Assembly (NCBI GenBank): GCA_963728915.1
Contig: CAVSLV010000002.1
Coordinates: 415,655-479,654 of the forward strand
DNA length: 64,000 nt
Direction: 5' to 3'
Origin: an uncultured Gemmatimonadales bacterium
GTDB lineage: Bacteria; Gemmatimonadota; Gemmatimonadetes; Gemmatimonadales; GWC2-71-9
The notes beneath the pieces were generated by a model. The model was not told where the DNA came from, did no database searches, and saw only the letters and a list, made by a program, of their open reading frames with translations. Of the stretch, positions 1 through 9,580 are shown in pieces. Made by a program: the position numbers and the translations under genes. Positions within the stretch are counted from its first letter, which is position 1, and each line of letters begins with the position of its first letter.

Positions 1-531
1 AACGGCATCGGGATCCTCTACGGCAAGGGTGCGCTGCTCGAAGCGATGCCGCCGTGGCAGGGCGGGGGGGGCATGATCCGCGAGGTCCAGATCGAGCGGA
101 GCACCTGGGCCCCTCCGCCGGAGCGATTCGAGGCGGGCACGCCCCCGATTGCGGAGGCGGTCGGGCTCGGCGCCGCGATCGAATACGTCATGCATTGGGA
201 TTGGGACGCCCTGGTTGGCTATGAGCAGGCCCTGATCGCGGATGCGACCCGCAAGCTCCAGAGGGTGCCTGGGCTCCGAATCCTCGGTGAGGGGGCGGAC
301 CGGGTGAGCGTGATCTCTCTCGACATGGACCGGGTCCATCCCCACGATGCGGGGACGGTACTGGACACCCTGGGCATCGCGGTTCGGGCCGGCCATCACT
401 GCGCCCAGCCCCTCATGCGGCGGTTCGGGGTAACCGCGACCCTGCGTGCCTCGTTCGGGGCATACAACACGATCGAGGAAGTCGACGCCCTGGTCGAAGG
501 AATGCACCAGGTCCGGAGGGTGTTCCAGTGA
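1..531 (+). CDS. sufS: SufS cysteine desulfurase, 5'-truncated at window edge
   Basis: RFEAGTP and RAGHHCAQP motifs; frame open from base 1. Confidence 0.95.
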   Translation, partial: NGIGILYGKGALLEAMPPWQGGGGMIREVQIERSTWAPPPERFEAGTPPIAEAVGLGAAIEYVMHWDWDALVGYEQALIADATRKLQRVPGLRILGEGADRVSVISLDMDRVHPHDAGTVLDTLGIAVRAGHHCAQPLMRRFGVTATLRASFGAYNTIEEVDALVEGMHQVRRVFQ

Positions 532-974
532 GCACGGATCTGGACGAGCTCTATCAGAGCGTCATTCTGGATCACAATGCGTCGCCCCGGAATTTCAAGA
601 AACTGGACGATGCGACGACTCAGGCGGAAGGCCGGAACCCGCTCTGCGGCGACGTGTACCAGGTATGGCTCAAGCTGGATGGAGACCGGATCGCGGACGC
701 CTCGTTTCAGGGTCAGGGCTGCGCGATCTCCAAGGCAAGCGCTTCCCTGATGACCCAGACGATCAAGGGAAAGACCGTCGCGGAGGCCAAGGAGCTATTC
801 GATCAGTTTCACTCCCTGGTGACCGGAGGAACCAGCGGGAAGCTCCCCGGCAAACTTGCGGTCTTTCAAGGGGTGAAGGCATTTCCGATTCGGGTCAAAT
901 GTGCCACCTTGAGCTGGCACGCGATGAAGGCAGCGCTCGACCGGCAGACAGGCGGACAGGCGGACAGTCAATAA
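528..974 (+). CDS. sufU: SufU/NifU-family Fe-S assembly protein
   Basis: NPLCGD, GCAISKAS and RVKCATL motifs; GTGA overlap with sufS. Confidence 0.95.
   Translation: MSTDLDELYQSVILDHNASPRNFKKLDDATTQAEGRNPLCGDVYQVWLKLDGDRIADASFQGQGCAISKASASLMTQTIKGKTVAEAKELFDQFHSLVTGGTSGKLPGKLAVFQGVKAFPIRVKCATLSWHAMKAALDRQTGGQADSQ
943..966 (+). repeat. Three tandem octamers GGC(A/G)GACA in the sufU 3' end
   Basis: ggcagaca ggcggaca ggcggaca. Confidence 0.8.
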
Positions 975-983
975 GGAGAGGCT

Positions 984-1418
984 ATGCCGTACCAAGAAAT
1001 GATGATCAAGCCGATGCGGGATGAAGTCACCAGGCTCGGGGTCAAGGAGCTCCGCACCGTGGCGGACGTGGATGCCGCGCTGGGCCCGGGAGAAGGGACG
1101 GCGATGGTGTTCGTGAACTCGGTCTGCGGCTGCGCGGCGGGGGCGGCCCGCCCGGCCTTGACGCTTGCCTTGCAGCATGCAGCCCGGCCGCAGCGCCTCT
1201 ACACCGTCTTCGCGGGCCAGGACCTCGATGCCACGGCCCGGGCCCGGAGCTATTTCGCGGAGTATCAGCCCAGCTCGCCGTCGGTGGCGGTGCTCCGGGA
1301 CGGCGAAGTGGTGCACTTCGTTCATCGCCACATGATCGAAGGCCGTCGAGCCGAGTCGATCGCGGCGGACCTGGTCGCGGCGTTCGAGAAGTACTGCGAG
1401 GTCGCGAGTAGCGAATAG
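984..1418 (+). CDS. BrxA/BrxB-family bacilliredoxin
   Basis: NSVCGCAAGAARP, TVFAGQD and PSSPS motifs; SD AAGGAG. Confidence 0.92.
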   Translation: MPYQEMMIKPMRDEVTRLGVKELRTVADVDAALGPGEGTAMVFVNSVCGCAAGAARPALTLALQHAARPQRLYTVFAGQDLDATARARSYFAEYQPSSPSVAVLRDGEVVHFVHRHMIEGRRAESIAADLVAAFEKYCEVASSE

Positions 1419-1433
1419 CTACTCCCCAAGGCG

Positions 1434-1733
1434 ATGAGCGGTCACGTCTTCCATCCCGGCCACGAGGAGCTCCACGGCGTCACCGTCGTCGTGGAAGGCA
1501 CCTCGGGACGCACCTGGGTCGGTCGCTATCACGAGCGCAACGATCGGGGCGTGGTCATGCACGACGTCGCGATTCATGACCCCGCGATCTCCCCCCAGTC
1601 GCGGGAAGACTGGATCGGCGGGCTCAGGAAGTTCGGCATCCGGGTGGACGAGAAATTCGTGATTCTGCCTCCGAAGGAGGCTGGACCGATCACCCGGCTG
1701 ACCGACTGGCAGGGGTCCTCCCCGAAGCGATAA
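1434..1733 (+). CDS. Hypothetical His-rich small protein
   Basis: Typical codon usage; operonic position. Confidence 0.75.
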   Translation: MSGHVFHPGHEELHGVTVVVEGTSGRTWVGRYHERNDRGVVMHDVAIHDPAISPQSREDWIGGLRKFGIRVDEKFVILPPKEAGPITRLTDWQGSSPKR

Positions 1734-1798
1734 GTTGAGACTCCAGCGGCACCCGGGGGCGTAGCTGGTTTCCGTCCAACACCAGTCAGGAGCATGCC

Positions 1799-2758
1799 GT
1801 GGCGAGCAACCACGTGGTTACGGTTGAGCACGCGACCAAGCGCTTCGCCGGCCATACTGCGGTCGATGATCTCACCATGGAGGTCCCCGCCGGGGGCATC
1901 TTCGGCCTCCTGGGGCCCAATGGGGCCGGCAAGAGCACCACGATCCGCATGATCATGAACATCATCGTCCCCGATGATGGCCGGATCACCGTGCTGAACC
2001 AGGAAGCCGCCAGCCGGTCCCTGTCGGGGCGAATCGGGTTTCTCCCCGAAGAGCGCGGACTCTACAAGAAGATGAAGGTGCTCGACGTTCTCATCTTCCT
2101 GGCCGAGACCAAGGGGATCAGCCGGACCGCGGGACGGAAGAAGGCCGGAGAGTGGCTGGACCGCCTCGGCCTCTCCGACTGGAAGGCCAAGAAGGTTGAG
2201 GATCTTTCCAAGGGCATGCAGCAGAAGGTCCAGTTCATCGGGACGCTGCTGCACGACCCCGATCTCCTGATTCTCGACGAGCCGTTCAGCGGGCTCGATC
2301 CGGTCAATAGCCAGATCATGAAAGACGTGGTGGTGGAATCGGCTCGCAAGGGCAAGACGGTGCTGTTCTCGACCCACATCATGGAACAAGCCGAGCGGAT
2401 GTGCGATCACATCGTGATCATCTCGCGCGGCAAGCTGATCGTGAACGGCTCGTTGGCCGAGGTGAAGCGCGAATTCGGCGGCCGCCACGTCGCGCTTTCG
2501 TTTACCAGGAACAAGGAGCGAGCCGCGAGCATCCTGGGTGATCGCACCCTGATCAGCAAACTGGACGACTACGGGGCGAGTGCGGAAGTCGAGCTGGCGG
2601 CCGGTGGCGACCCCGACCGGTTGCTCCGCTCGCTGGTCCAGCAGGACGTAGGCCTCTCGCGGTTTGAGATCGTCGAGCCGTCGCTCCAGTCCATTTTCGT
2701 GTCGAAAGTCGGCGCCGATGCGGCGGTCGCGCCGGCGCAGGAGAACCACCATGCGTAA
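1799..2758 (+). CDS. ABC transporter ATP-binding protein (NatA/YhaQ-like)
   Basis: GPNGAGKS, LSKGMQQ and LILDEPFSGLD motifs. Confidence 0.95.
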   Translation: MASNHVVTVEHATKRFAGHTAVDDLTMEVPAGGIFGLLGPNGAGKSTTIRMIMNIIVPDDGRITVLNQEAASRSLSGRIGFLPEERGLYKKMKVLDVLIFLAETKGISRTAGRKKAGEWLDRLGLSDWKAKKVEDLSKGMQQKVQFIGTLLHDPDLLILDEPFSGLDPVNSQIMKDVVVESARKGKTVLFSTHIMEQAERMCDHIVIISRGKLIVNGSLAEVKREFGGRHVALSFTRNKERAASILGDRTLISKLDDYGASAEVELAAGGDPDRLLRSLVQQDVGLSRFEIVEPSLQSIFVSKVGADAAVAPAQENHHA

Positions 2759-4064
2759 GGTCTGGGCGATCATCCGACGTGAGGTGGTGGAGCGGGTCCG
2801 GACCCGCGCGTTCATCATCAGTACCCTGTTGTTTCCGATCTTCATGGCGGCGCTGATCATCCTGCCCGGCTGGCTCCTGACCCGGAGCACCGGGACCCGC
2901 CGTCTCGCGCTGGTCGATGCCACGACCGACTCGCTCGGAGTCAGAGTGGAACAGGCGCTGGAAGCGGTGCGAATCGGTCGGGCGAACGATGCTCTTCCCA
3001 AATACCGGGTGGAGCGGATCCCGGCCCTGGGACGAACCGATGCGGTGCGCGACTCCCTGGTCCCATTCACCGGGCTCTCGCGCCGGAGCGCGGGCGGTTT
3101 GGACGGGATTCTGGTGGTCACCGACTCCACCGTCCCGAACGGCCGGGTGAACTACTACGGCGCGAACGTCGCCAGCTTCGACGAAATGCGGGAGCTGGAG
3201 CAAACCATTCGGCCGATTGTGATCGCGCGCCGGCTCGAGGGCGTGGGAGTGGACCTCGCCACGGTGACCAACTCGGTACGCCCGCTCGACCTTGCCACGA
3301 CCAAGATTTCCAACGGCAAACTGACGGCGGAGAGCGGCGCGAAGACCTTCGTGCTGGCTTACGCCATGGGGTTCATCCTGTATTTCTCGTTGCTGTTGTT
3401 CGGCGTTCAGGTCATGCAGTCGGTCATCGAGGAGAAGACCAGCCGGATCGTCGAGATCCTGGCGTCGAGCCTCACCCCGTTTCAGATGATGCTGGGGAAG
3501 GTGGTCGGAGTCGGCCTCGTGGCCATGATCCAGCTCGGCATCTGGGCCAGCATTGCGGCGTACCTGGGCAGTCATCAGGCCGGGATCATGCAGGCCTTTG
3601 GGGCCGCCCCGGGGGCGGCGTCTGCTTTTTCCCTGCCGACCATGCCTCCGGATCTCATGATCGTCTTCTTCCTGTTCTTCGCGCTCGGCTTCCTGCTGTA
3701 CGCTGCGGCCTATGCGGCGGTCGGCGCGATGTGCAGCACTCCCCAGGATGCTCAGCAGATGCAGATGCCGGTCATGCTCTTTGTCCTGGCCGGGTTTTTC
3801 TCCACCTTCGCGCTCATGCGGGACCCGAATGGGACCGCGGCGAGAGTCCTGACGTTCGTCCCGATGCTCTCGCCATTCGCGGTCCCGCTCCGGTATTCGA
3901 TTTCCTCGCTCCCCATGGTCGAGCTGGTCGCCTCAGCGGGGGTCACCCTCCTTGGCATGCTCATCGTGGTCTGGATTGCTTCCCGGATCTATCGAGTCGG
4001 CGTCCTGAGCTACGGCAAGAAGGCCAGCCTCAAGGACATGCTGCGTTGGATCCGAACGGCCTAG
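2751..4064 (+). CDS. ABC-2 permease (NatB/YhaP-like)
   Basis: EEKTSRIVEIL motif, multiple TM segments; ATG at 2751. Confidence 0.92.
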   Translation: MRKVWAIIRREVVERVRTRAFIISTLLFPIFMAALIILPGWLLTRSTGTRRLALVDATTDSLGVRVEQALEAVRIGRANDALPKYRVERIPALGRTDAVRDSLVPFTGLSRRSAGGLDGILVVTDSTVPNGRVNYYGANVASFDEMRELEQTIRPIVIARRLEGVGVDLATVTNSVRPLDLATTKISNGKLTAESGAKTFVLAYAMGFILYFSLLLFGVQVMQSVIEEKTSRIVEILASSLTPFQMMLGKVVGVGLVAMIQLGIWASIAAYLGSHQAGIMQAFGAAPGAASAFSLPTMPPDLMIVFFLFFALGFLLYAAAYAAVGAMCSTPQDAQQMQMPVMLFVLAGFFSTFALMRDPNGTAARVLTFVPMLSPFAVPLRYSISSLPMVELVASAGVTLLGMLIVVWIASRIYRVGVLSYGKKASLKDMLRWIRTA

Positions 4065-4120
4065 TGGGTTAACAATCCGCGGTTATGCAATAAGCCCCGG
4101 CCTCGGGCGTCCACTTGGAT

Positions 4121-6658
4121 ATGGGTACGAGACCGCGTCCGGGTGGGAGAGGCCTTATTCCCTGGGCTTTGGCAGCCATCTGCGCTGCCAATGTCTCGGC
4201 CCAAACCAGCGCGGTACACTCATCGCGGGCCAAGGTGCTCTGCGCCTCTGAACCGGTCAGGATAGTTCCGGCCGACTCCTTCGCGGCAAGCGGCTTCCAT
4301 CGGTTTCTCTTCGGGAACAACTGGCGTTCGCTCTGGATCCATCCTGTCTCCGTTTCCGTCCTTAATCTTTCCAGGACCGCCGGAGGGTTGGAAGCCGAGG
4401 CGCGCGGGGCAGGTCACGCCAGCCGGCCGTTTTATCTGGTCAATCCCCAGGGACGGGTCTTCGGCTTTCGGGCCCTGGTGAAGGACCCCGTTCTCGACTG
4501 GCCCGAGGAGCAACAAACCGAGACCTTGCGCCACCTGGGGATCGAGCAGCAGGCCGGAACCATTCCCGGTGGGGCGCTGGTGGTGGCTGAGATCACGCGC
4601 GCCGTCGGGGTGCGGAGCCTCGACGTTCGGCTGGTGGCGCTCCCCGATGACGCCCGGCTCGGGCAGTGGCAAAAGGATTATGGCGGGAAGGTCGGGGTAC
4701 TGGAAACCAGGCTCCGTCCCCTCACCGATGAGTCCGCTGATCCAGGACCCATTGAGTATGTCGATACCGATTCCCTCTTCGTCCTCCTCCGGAGCGATCC
4801 CAAGAGCGTCGTGGATGCTCGAGCCTTTCTGGCCAGCCGTCTGGTGGACATTCTGGTAGGTGACTGGGATCGCCATGCCGGGCAATGGACCTGGATGTCG
4901 CATGTCCGCGGATCGCAGCAATGGTGGATCCCCATTTCGAACGACCGGGATTGGGCGTTCACCAATCTCGATGGGTTCGTCTGGAGCCTGTTCCGAAAAG
5001 CCCAGCCCAAGTTCCAGGTATTCGACGGCGGAATCCGTCATCTGCCAAGTCTGATGTTGATGTCGAGGCCGCTCGATCGGCGGCTGCTCGCTCCGCTCGA
5101 CCGGGCAACCTGGGATTCGGTAACCAGAAGCGTGGTGGAGCACCTACCGGACCGCGTCCTGGCGCGTGCCGTGGGTGCCCTTCCTCCCGGAATGGATTCC
5201 TCCGGACTCACCCGGCTTGAATCCACCCTACGGGAACGCCGTGATCATCTGAGCCAAGCATCGGCCGAGTTCTATCGTCGCCTGGCAGACGTGGTTGAAG
5301 TCTGGGGCACCGAGTCTGCCGATCACGTGGAGGTGGCTGAAGGCCAGCACGGAGCGGTGGTGTTGCGGCTCGCCCGAGGCGGGCGCTCGGACGGATGGTC
5401 CCGGACCTTCGATCCGGAAGAGACCCACGAGGTGCGGGTCTATCTGCTGGGCGGCAATGATCGGGTCACCGGCGATTGGCACGGCGGCCCGATCACGGTC
5501 AGGATCATCCACGAGGGCCATGGCAACCTGACGGTCGATTCCACGGTTAACGGTGTCGAGGTCAATGACTCGAAGTCCGCATCCGCTCTTCCGGGCAAAC
5601 AGTTCGATCCCCAGAAGATGTTCCGGGACTGGGGGACAAAATTCGGGCTCAGTCCCTGGGTCGGACAGAAGGCCGGCGCGGGAATCATTTTGGGAGGCGG
5701 GCCGGTATTCACAAAATACGGATTTCACCGGGAGCCATACGCCTACACCGTGACCGCACGCGCCGCGTATGGCACCACTGGCAGCACTGTCAATTTCCAG
5801 ACGAAAGGAGACTTCCGATTTGCCAGGCCGGGCGCGGGAGTTCGATTCGATGCCAAGGCGCTCCAGGCCGACGCGGTGCACTACTTCGGATTCGGTAACG
5901 AGACGACCCGGTCCGAGATCAGTGATTTCTATCTCCTGCTCCAGCACACCTACCAGGTCACCACTACACTGTATGGCGAGTTCGGAAAACACGCCGTCGC
6001 TTCGGTGGGCCCGGTGTTTTCTCGCACCGTTTCCAGCGAAGCGCGACCGTCGCTCGCGCTCGACCAGCAGCCGTACGGTTTCGGATCGTTCACCGAGCTG
6101 GGAGCGATGGGAGACATCCTGATCGACCTGCGGGATGATCCGGTGTATCCGGTGCGCGGAGTGAAGGCCGAGGTGAACGGCCGTGTGTTCCCAGCGATCG
6201 GAGATGTGGGGGCGGCATTTGGAGTCGTGCGCGGGGAGCTGGCCGGATACCTGGGCACGAGATCTCTCCCGGGGACGCCCGTGGTGGCGGTTCGCGTCGG
6301 CGGAGCGCGCGGGTTTGGCGAAGTTCCGTTCTTCGAGTCCCCATCGCTCGGCGGGAAGCCGTCGCTCCGGGGATTTTCTCGCGAGCGATTTACCGGTGAC
6401 GGCGCCCTCTATGGCGGCGCGGAGCTGCGATTCAATCTCGGCCGGTTCAAGATGGTTGTGCCGGGTGAGATCGGTGTGTACGGGTTAGGAGACATCGGGC
6501 GGGTGTATGTGGCCGGCGAGAGCTCCACTCTCTGGCACAAGAGTTACGGCGCGGGGCTTTGGGTCACGTTGTTCGACCGATCGCTCACCGGGACATTCAC
6601 CTGGGGTCACAGCCTCGAAGGGCAAAAGATCTTCCTCGCCGCCGGATTCCACTTCTAG
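4121..6658 (+). CDS. Omp85/BamA-TamA family outer membrane protein with kinase-like N-terminal domain
   Basis: Signal peptide, LRGF(S)RERF motif, C-terminal Phe, GDWDRH motif. Confidence 0.8.
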   Translation: MGTRPRPGGRGLIPWALAAICAANVSAQTSAVHSSRAKVLCASEPVRIVPADSFAASGFHRFLFGNNWRSLWIHPVSVSVLNLSRTAGGLEAEARGAGHASRPFYLVNPQGRVFGFRALVKDPVLDWPEEQQTETLRHLGIEQQAGTIPGGALVVAEITRAVGVRSLDVRLVALPDDARLGQWQKDYGGKVGVLETRLRPLTDESADPGPIEYVDTDSLFVLLRSDPKSVVDARAFLASRLVDILVGDWDRHAGQWTWMSHVRGSQQWWIPISNDRDWAFTNLDGFVWSLFRKAQPKFQVFDGGIRHLPSLMLMSRPLDRRLLAPLDRATWDSVTRSVVEHLPDRVLARAVGALPPGMDSSGLTRLESTLRERRDHLSQASAEFYRRLADVVEVWGTESADHVEVAEGQHGAVVLRLARGGRSDGWSRTFDPEETHEVRVYLLGGNDRVTGDWHGGPITVRIIHEGHGNLTVDSTVNGVEVNDSKSASALPGKQFDPQKMFRDWGTKFGLSPWVGQKAGAGIILGGGPVFTKYGFHREPYAYTVTARAAYGTTGSTVNFQTKGDFRFARPGAGVRFDAKALQADAVHYFGFGNETTRSEISDFYLLLQHTYQVTTTLYGEFGKHAVASVGPVFSRTVSSEARPSLALDQQPYGFGSFTELGAMGDILIDLRDDPVYPVRGVKAEVNGRVFPAIGDVGAAFGVVRGELAGYLGTRSLPGTPVVAVRVGGARGFGEVPFFESPSLGGKPSLRGFSRERFTGDGALYGGAELRFNLGRFKMVVPGEIGVYGLGDIGRVYVAGESSTLWHKSYGAGLWVTLFDRSLTGTFTWGHSLEGQKIFLAAGFHF

Positions 6659-6721
6659 GCATTGCAGCCCGGACTGCCGGTCGGTGACCGAGTCGGCCGC
6701 CACCCGGGTTAGACTTGAAAC

Positions 6722-8575
6722 ATGCAGACGTTCGATGTGATCGTGATCGGTGGTGGCCACGCCGGGGCGGAGGCCAGTGCCATGGCCGCTCGGCTTGGCC
6801 TCGACACACTCCTGCTCACCCAGAACCTCGAGACCATCGGCCAGATGTCATGCAATCCCGCGATCGGCGGGATCGCCAAGGGAACCGTGGTACGCGAGGT
6901 GGACGCTCTGGGCGGGATCATGGGGCGCGCGACGGATCGAGCACGAATCCAATTCCGGATGCTGAATCGTTCGAAGGGGCCGGCAGTGTGGTCGCCCAGA
7001 GCGCAGTGCGATCGCGCGCTCTATCGCCGGGCGGTGCGTTCAGAGCTCGAACGGTTCGAAACGCTTCGATTCGGCCAGGGCACCGTGGCGCGGTTTCTCC
7101 TCACCGGAGATCGAGTGGTTGGGGTCGAGACGAGCGATGGGCGTCGTTACGGGTGCCGGGCGCTGGTTCTCACTGCCGGGACCTTCATCCGGGGGGAGAT
7201 TCGGGTAGGAACGAAGACGCGCATTCCGGCTGGCAGGGCGGGTGAGGCGCCGTCTATTGAAATCTCGCAAGCGGTTGCAAGTATTGGAGTTACGATCGAA
7301 CGCTTCAAAACCGGAACCCCGCCAAGAATTGATGGGAGGACCGTCAACTTCGGAGTGTTGGACCGCCAGGATGGTGAGAAGGGTCCGTTCTGGTTTTCCT
7401 TTCACGAGAAGCATGATCACCCTCGACAGCTCCCTTGCTACCTGACCCACACTACAGATGGTCTCAAGGAGATTGTCACTCGGCACCTCTCAGAGTCTGC
7501 GATGTACGGAGGAGCGATCAGTGGCAGGGGCCCGCGCTACTGCCCATCCATCGAGGACAAGATCGTCCGGTTTCCCAATGCGGTGCGGCATCAGGTGTTT
7601 CTCGAGCCCGAGGGGCTCGATACGTCCGAGATGTACGTCAACGGCCTTTCGACTTCGCTACCTCCCGAAGTTCAGCTCGCCTACCTCCGAACCGTTCCAG
7701 GGCTCGAGCAGGTGGAGATGACCAGGCCAGGCTATGCGATCGAGTATGACTATTTCCCCCCGACGCAGCTCGAACGGTCGCTCGCTGTGAAGAGTGTTCA
7801 TGGTCTCTATTTCGCCGGCCAGATCAACGGGACCACTGGTTACGAAGAGGCCGCCGGTCAGGGAGTCGTCGCTGGCCTGAACGCCGGGTTGTTCGCCGCA
7901 GGCAGGGATCCGGTAGTGCTGGGACGAGATCAGGCCTTCATCGGGGTCATGGTGGACGATCTGGTAAACCGCGGTGTAGACGAACCGTATCGTCTATTTA
8001 CCTCGAGGGCGGAGTTCCGCCTCCTTCTCCGACAGGACAACGCACTCAGGCGGCTATTCCCTCTCGCGAAGCAGCTTGGGCTTCTCTCCGATGACGAGGT
8101 CCGAGTCTCCGAGGATCGACTTGGTCGTGAGGAGAGCGTGATGGAGCTGGCCAGATCCATCGCGATTTCGCCGGAGGCAGCGAATCCCATTTTGATTGGC
8201 GCGGACGAGGATCAGATCGAGACGCCAATGCGGATCTCTGACTTGGCGAGTCGCCCTGGGGTTGACCTGGCCAAGCTCCTTGCGGCGGCAGGCACGACCG
8301 GGGATGGTGACCATTCCGGCTGGGCGGCGATCGAGTTCAGATACAGGGGCTATATCGACCGGGAAAGAGAAGCGGCTGATCGACTCAGCCGGCTAGAGTC
8401 GTTTGAGATTCCGGAGGACCTCATCTACGAATCCGCCGAGACGCTCTCATACGAGGCGAGGGAAAAGCTCTCCAAGAGAAAGCCACGAAGCCTCGGTGAG
8501 GCGGCCAGGATCCCAGGTGTTCGCCAGAGCGATCTCCAGAACCTGGTAGTCGAAGTGATCAAGCGCAGGGGTTAG
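6722..8575 (+). CDS. mnmG: tRNA U34 carboxymethylaminomethyl modification enzyme MnmG (GidA)
   Basis: GGGHAG, MSCNPAIGG, GPRYCPSIEDK and GQINGTTGYEEAA motifs. Confidence 0.98.
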   Translation: MQTFDVIVIGGGHAGAEASAMAARLGLDTLLLTQNLETIGQMSCNPAIGGIAKGTVVREVDALGGIMGRATDRARIQFRMLNRSKGPAVWSPRAQCDRALYRRAVRSELERFETLRFGQGTVARFLLTGDRVVGVETSDGRRYGCRALVLTAGTFIRGEIRVGTKTRIPAGRAGEAPSIEISQAVASIGVTIERFKTGTPPRIDGRTVNFGVLDRQDGEKGPFWFSFHEKHDHPRQLPCYLTHTTDGLKEIVTRHLSESAMYGGAISGRGPRYCPSIEDKIVRFPNAVRHQVFLEPEGLDTSEMYVNGLSTSLPPEVQLAYLRTVPGLEQVEMTRPGYAIEYDYFPPTQLERSLAVKSVHGLYFAGQINGTTGYEEAAGQGVVAGLNAGLFAAGRDPVVLGRDQAFIGVMVDDLVNRGVDEPYRLFTSRAEFRLLLRQDNALRRLFPLAKQLGLLSDDEVRVSEDRLGREESVMELARSIAISPEAANPILIGADEDQIETPMRISDLASRPGVDLAKLLAAAGTTGDGDHSGWAAIEFRYRGYIDREREAADRLSRLESFEIPEDLIYESAETLSYEAREKLSKRKPRSLGEAARIPGVRQSDLQNLVVEVIKRRG

Positions 8576-8581
8576 ACGCAA

Positions 8582-8597
8582 CTTTTCACGTGAAACC
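8582..8597. promoter_or_regulatory. parS-like site
   Basis: CTTTTCACGTGAAACC, 13/16 match to TGTTTCACGTGAAACA, upstream of parA. Confidence 0.75.
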
Positions 8598-8629
8598 CAG
8601 CCAAGCCACTCAATAAATGAAAGTTGATG

Positions 8630-8645
8630 CTTTTCACGTGAAAAC
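8630..8645. promoter_or_regulatory. parS-like site
   Basis: Perfect 14-bp palindrome TTTTCACGTGAAAA. Confidence 0.7.
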
Positions 8646-8662
8646 AGCGTATATTGAGCGCG

Positions 8663-8678
8663 AATTCCACGTTCAACA
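8663..8678. promoter_or_regulatory. Degenerate parS-like site
   Basis: AATTCCACGTTCAACA, 12/16 match to TGTTCCACGTGGAACA. Confidence 0.45.
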
Positions 8679-8743
8679 TACTTGTGGTGTTTTTTAATTA
8701 ACTTCATTTATATCAATTAGTTACAGTTCAATCACAGGTCCAG

Positions 8744-9580
8744 ATGGCGCGCACCATAGCGATCGCCAACCAGAAGGGCGGAGTCGGTAAGACCACTACG
8801 GCGGTCAACCTGGCGGCTTCGCTGGCGACCGCCGAGCGGAGGACCCTACTGGTCGATGCCGATCCCCAGGGCAACGCCACCAGCGGGGTCGGCATGGAGA
8901 AAACACTTTCTCCTTCTCTTTACGATCTCCTGGTGGAGCGTGCCACCGCGCGCGAAGTGATTCGGCGCGATGCCGAGCTCCCGTTTCTCTCGATCGCGCC
9001 GGCCACCCAGGATCTGGTGGGCGCCGAGCTCGAGCTGGTGGATCTTCCGCACCGGGAAACCCGATTGCGCGATGCGCTTCAGGCATCCCGCTCGGACTTC
9101 GACTACCTGATCATCGACTGTCCACCATCGCTCGGACTCATCACCCTCAACGTGCTGACCGCCGCCGATGGGGTGATCATCCCGATTCAGTGTGAGTACT
9201 ACGCATTGGAGGGCATCAGCCAGCTCCTCAACACGATCCGGCTGGTGCAACAGAATTTCAATCCGGCGCTCGCGATCGACGGCGTGCTGCTCACCATGTA
9301 CGACTCCCGTCTCAACCTCTGCCGTCAGGTCGCCAAGGACGCGAAGGAGTTCTTCACCTCGAAGGTCTTTCGCACCGTGATCCCCCGCAATGTCCGGCTG
9401 GCCGAAGCGCCAAGCTTCGGCAAGCCGATTCTCATGTACGACGTGCAGTCGGTCGGTTCCAAAAGCTATCTCTCGGTTGCGCAGGAGCTCCTCCGGCGCG
9501 TCGAACCGGGAGCCACTCCCACTTCCATCGAAACGCCGAGCGCGGCGGGCGTCGGCGGCGGAGAGGAGCAGGGATCGTGA
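8744..9580 (+). CDS. parA: Chromosome partitioning ATPase ParA/Soj
   Basis: NQKGGVGKTT, DPQGNAT and IPRNVRLAEAPSFG motifs. Confidence 0.97.
   Translation: MARTIAIANQKGGVGKTTTAVNLAASLATAERRTLLVDADPQGNATSGVGMEKTLSPSLYDLLVERATAREVIRRDAELPFLSIAPATQDLVGAELELVDLPHRETRLRDALQASRSDFDYLIIDCPPSLGLITLNVLTAADGVIIPIQCEYYALEGISQLLNTIRLVQQNFNPALAIDGVLLTMYDSRLNLCRQVAKDAKEFFTSKVFRTVIPRNVRLAEAPSFGKPILMYDVQSVGSKSYLSVAQELLRRVEPGATPTSIETPSAAGVGGGEEQGS

Noticed and set aside
7398..7413. parS-like CCTTTCACGAGAAGCA within mnmG (and a similar one near 27620)
   Set aside because: The core palindrome is broken; could be chance.
8576..8743. oriC in the AT-rich mnmG-parA spacer
   Set aside because: No convincing DnaA boxes; better explained by parS sites and the parA promoter.
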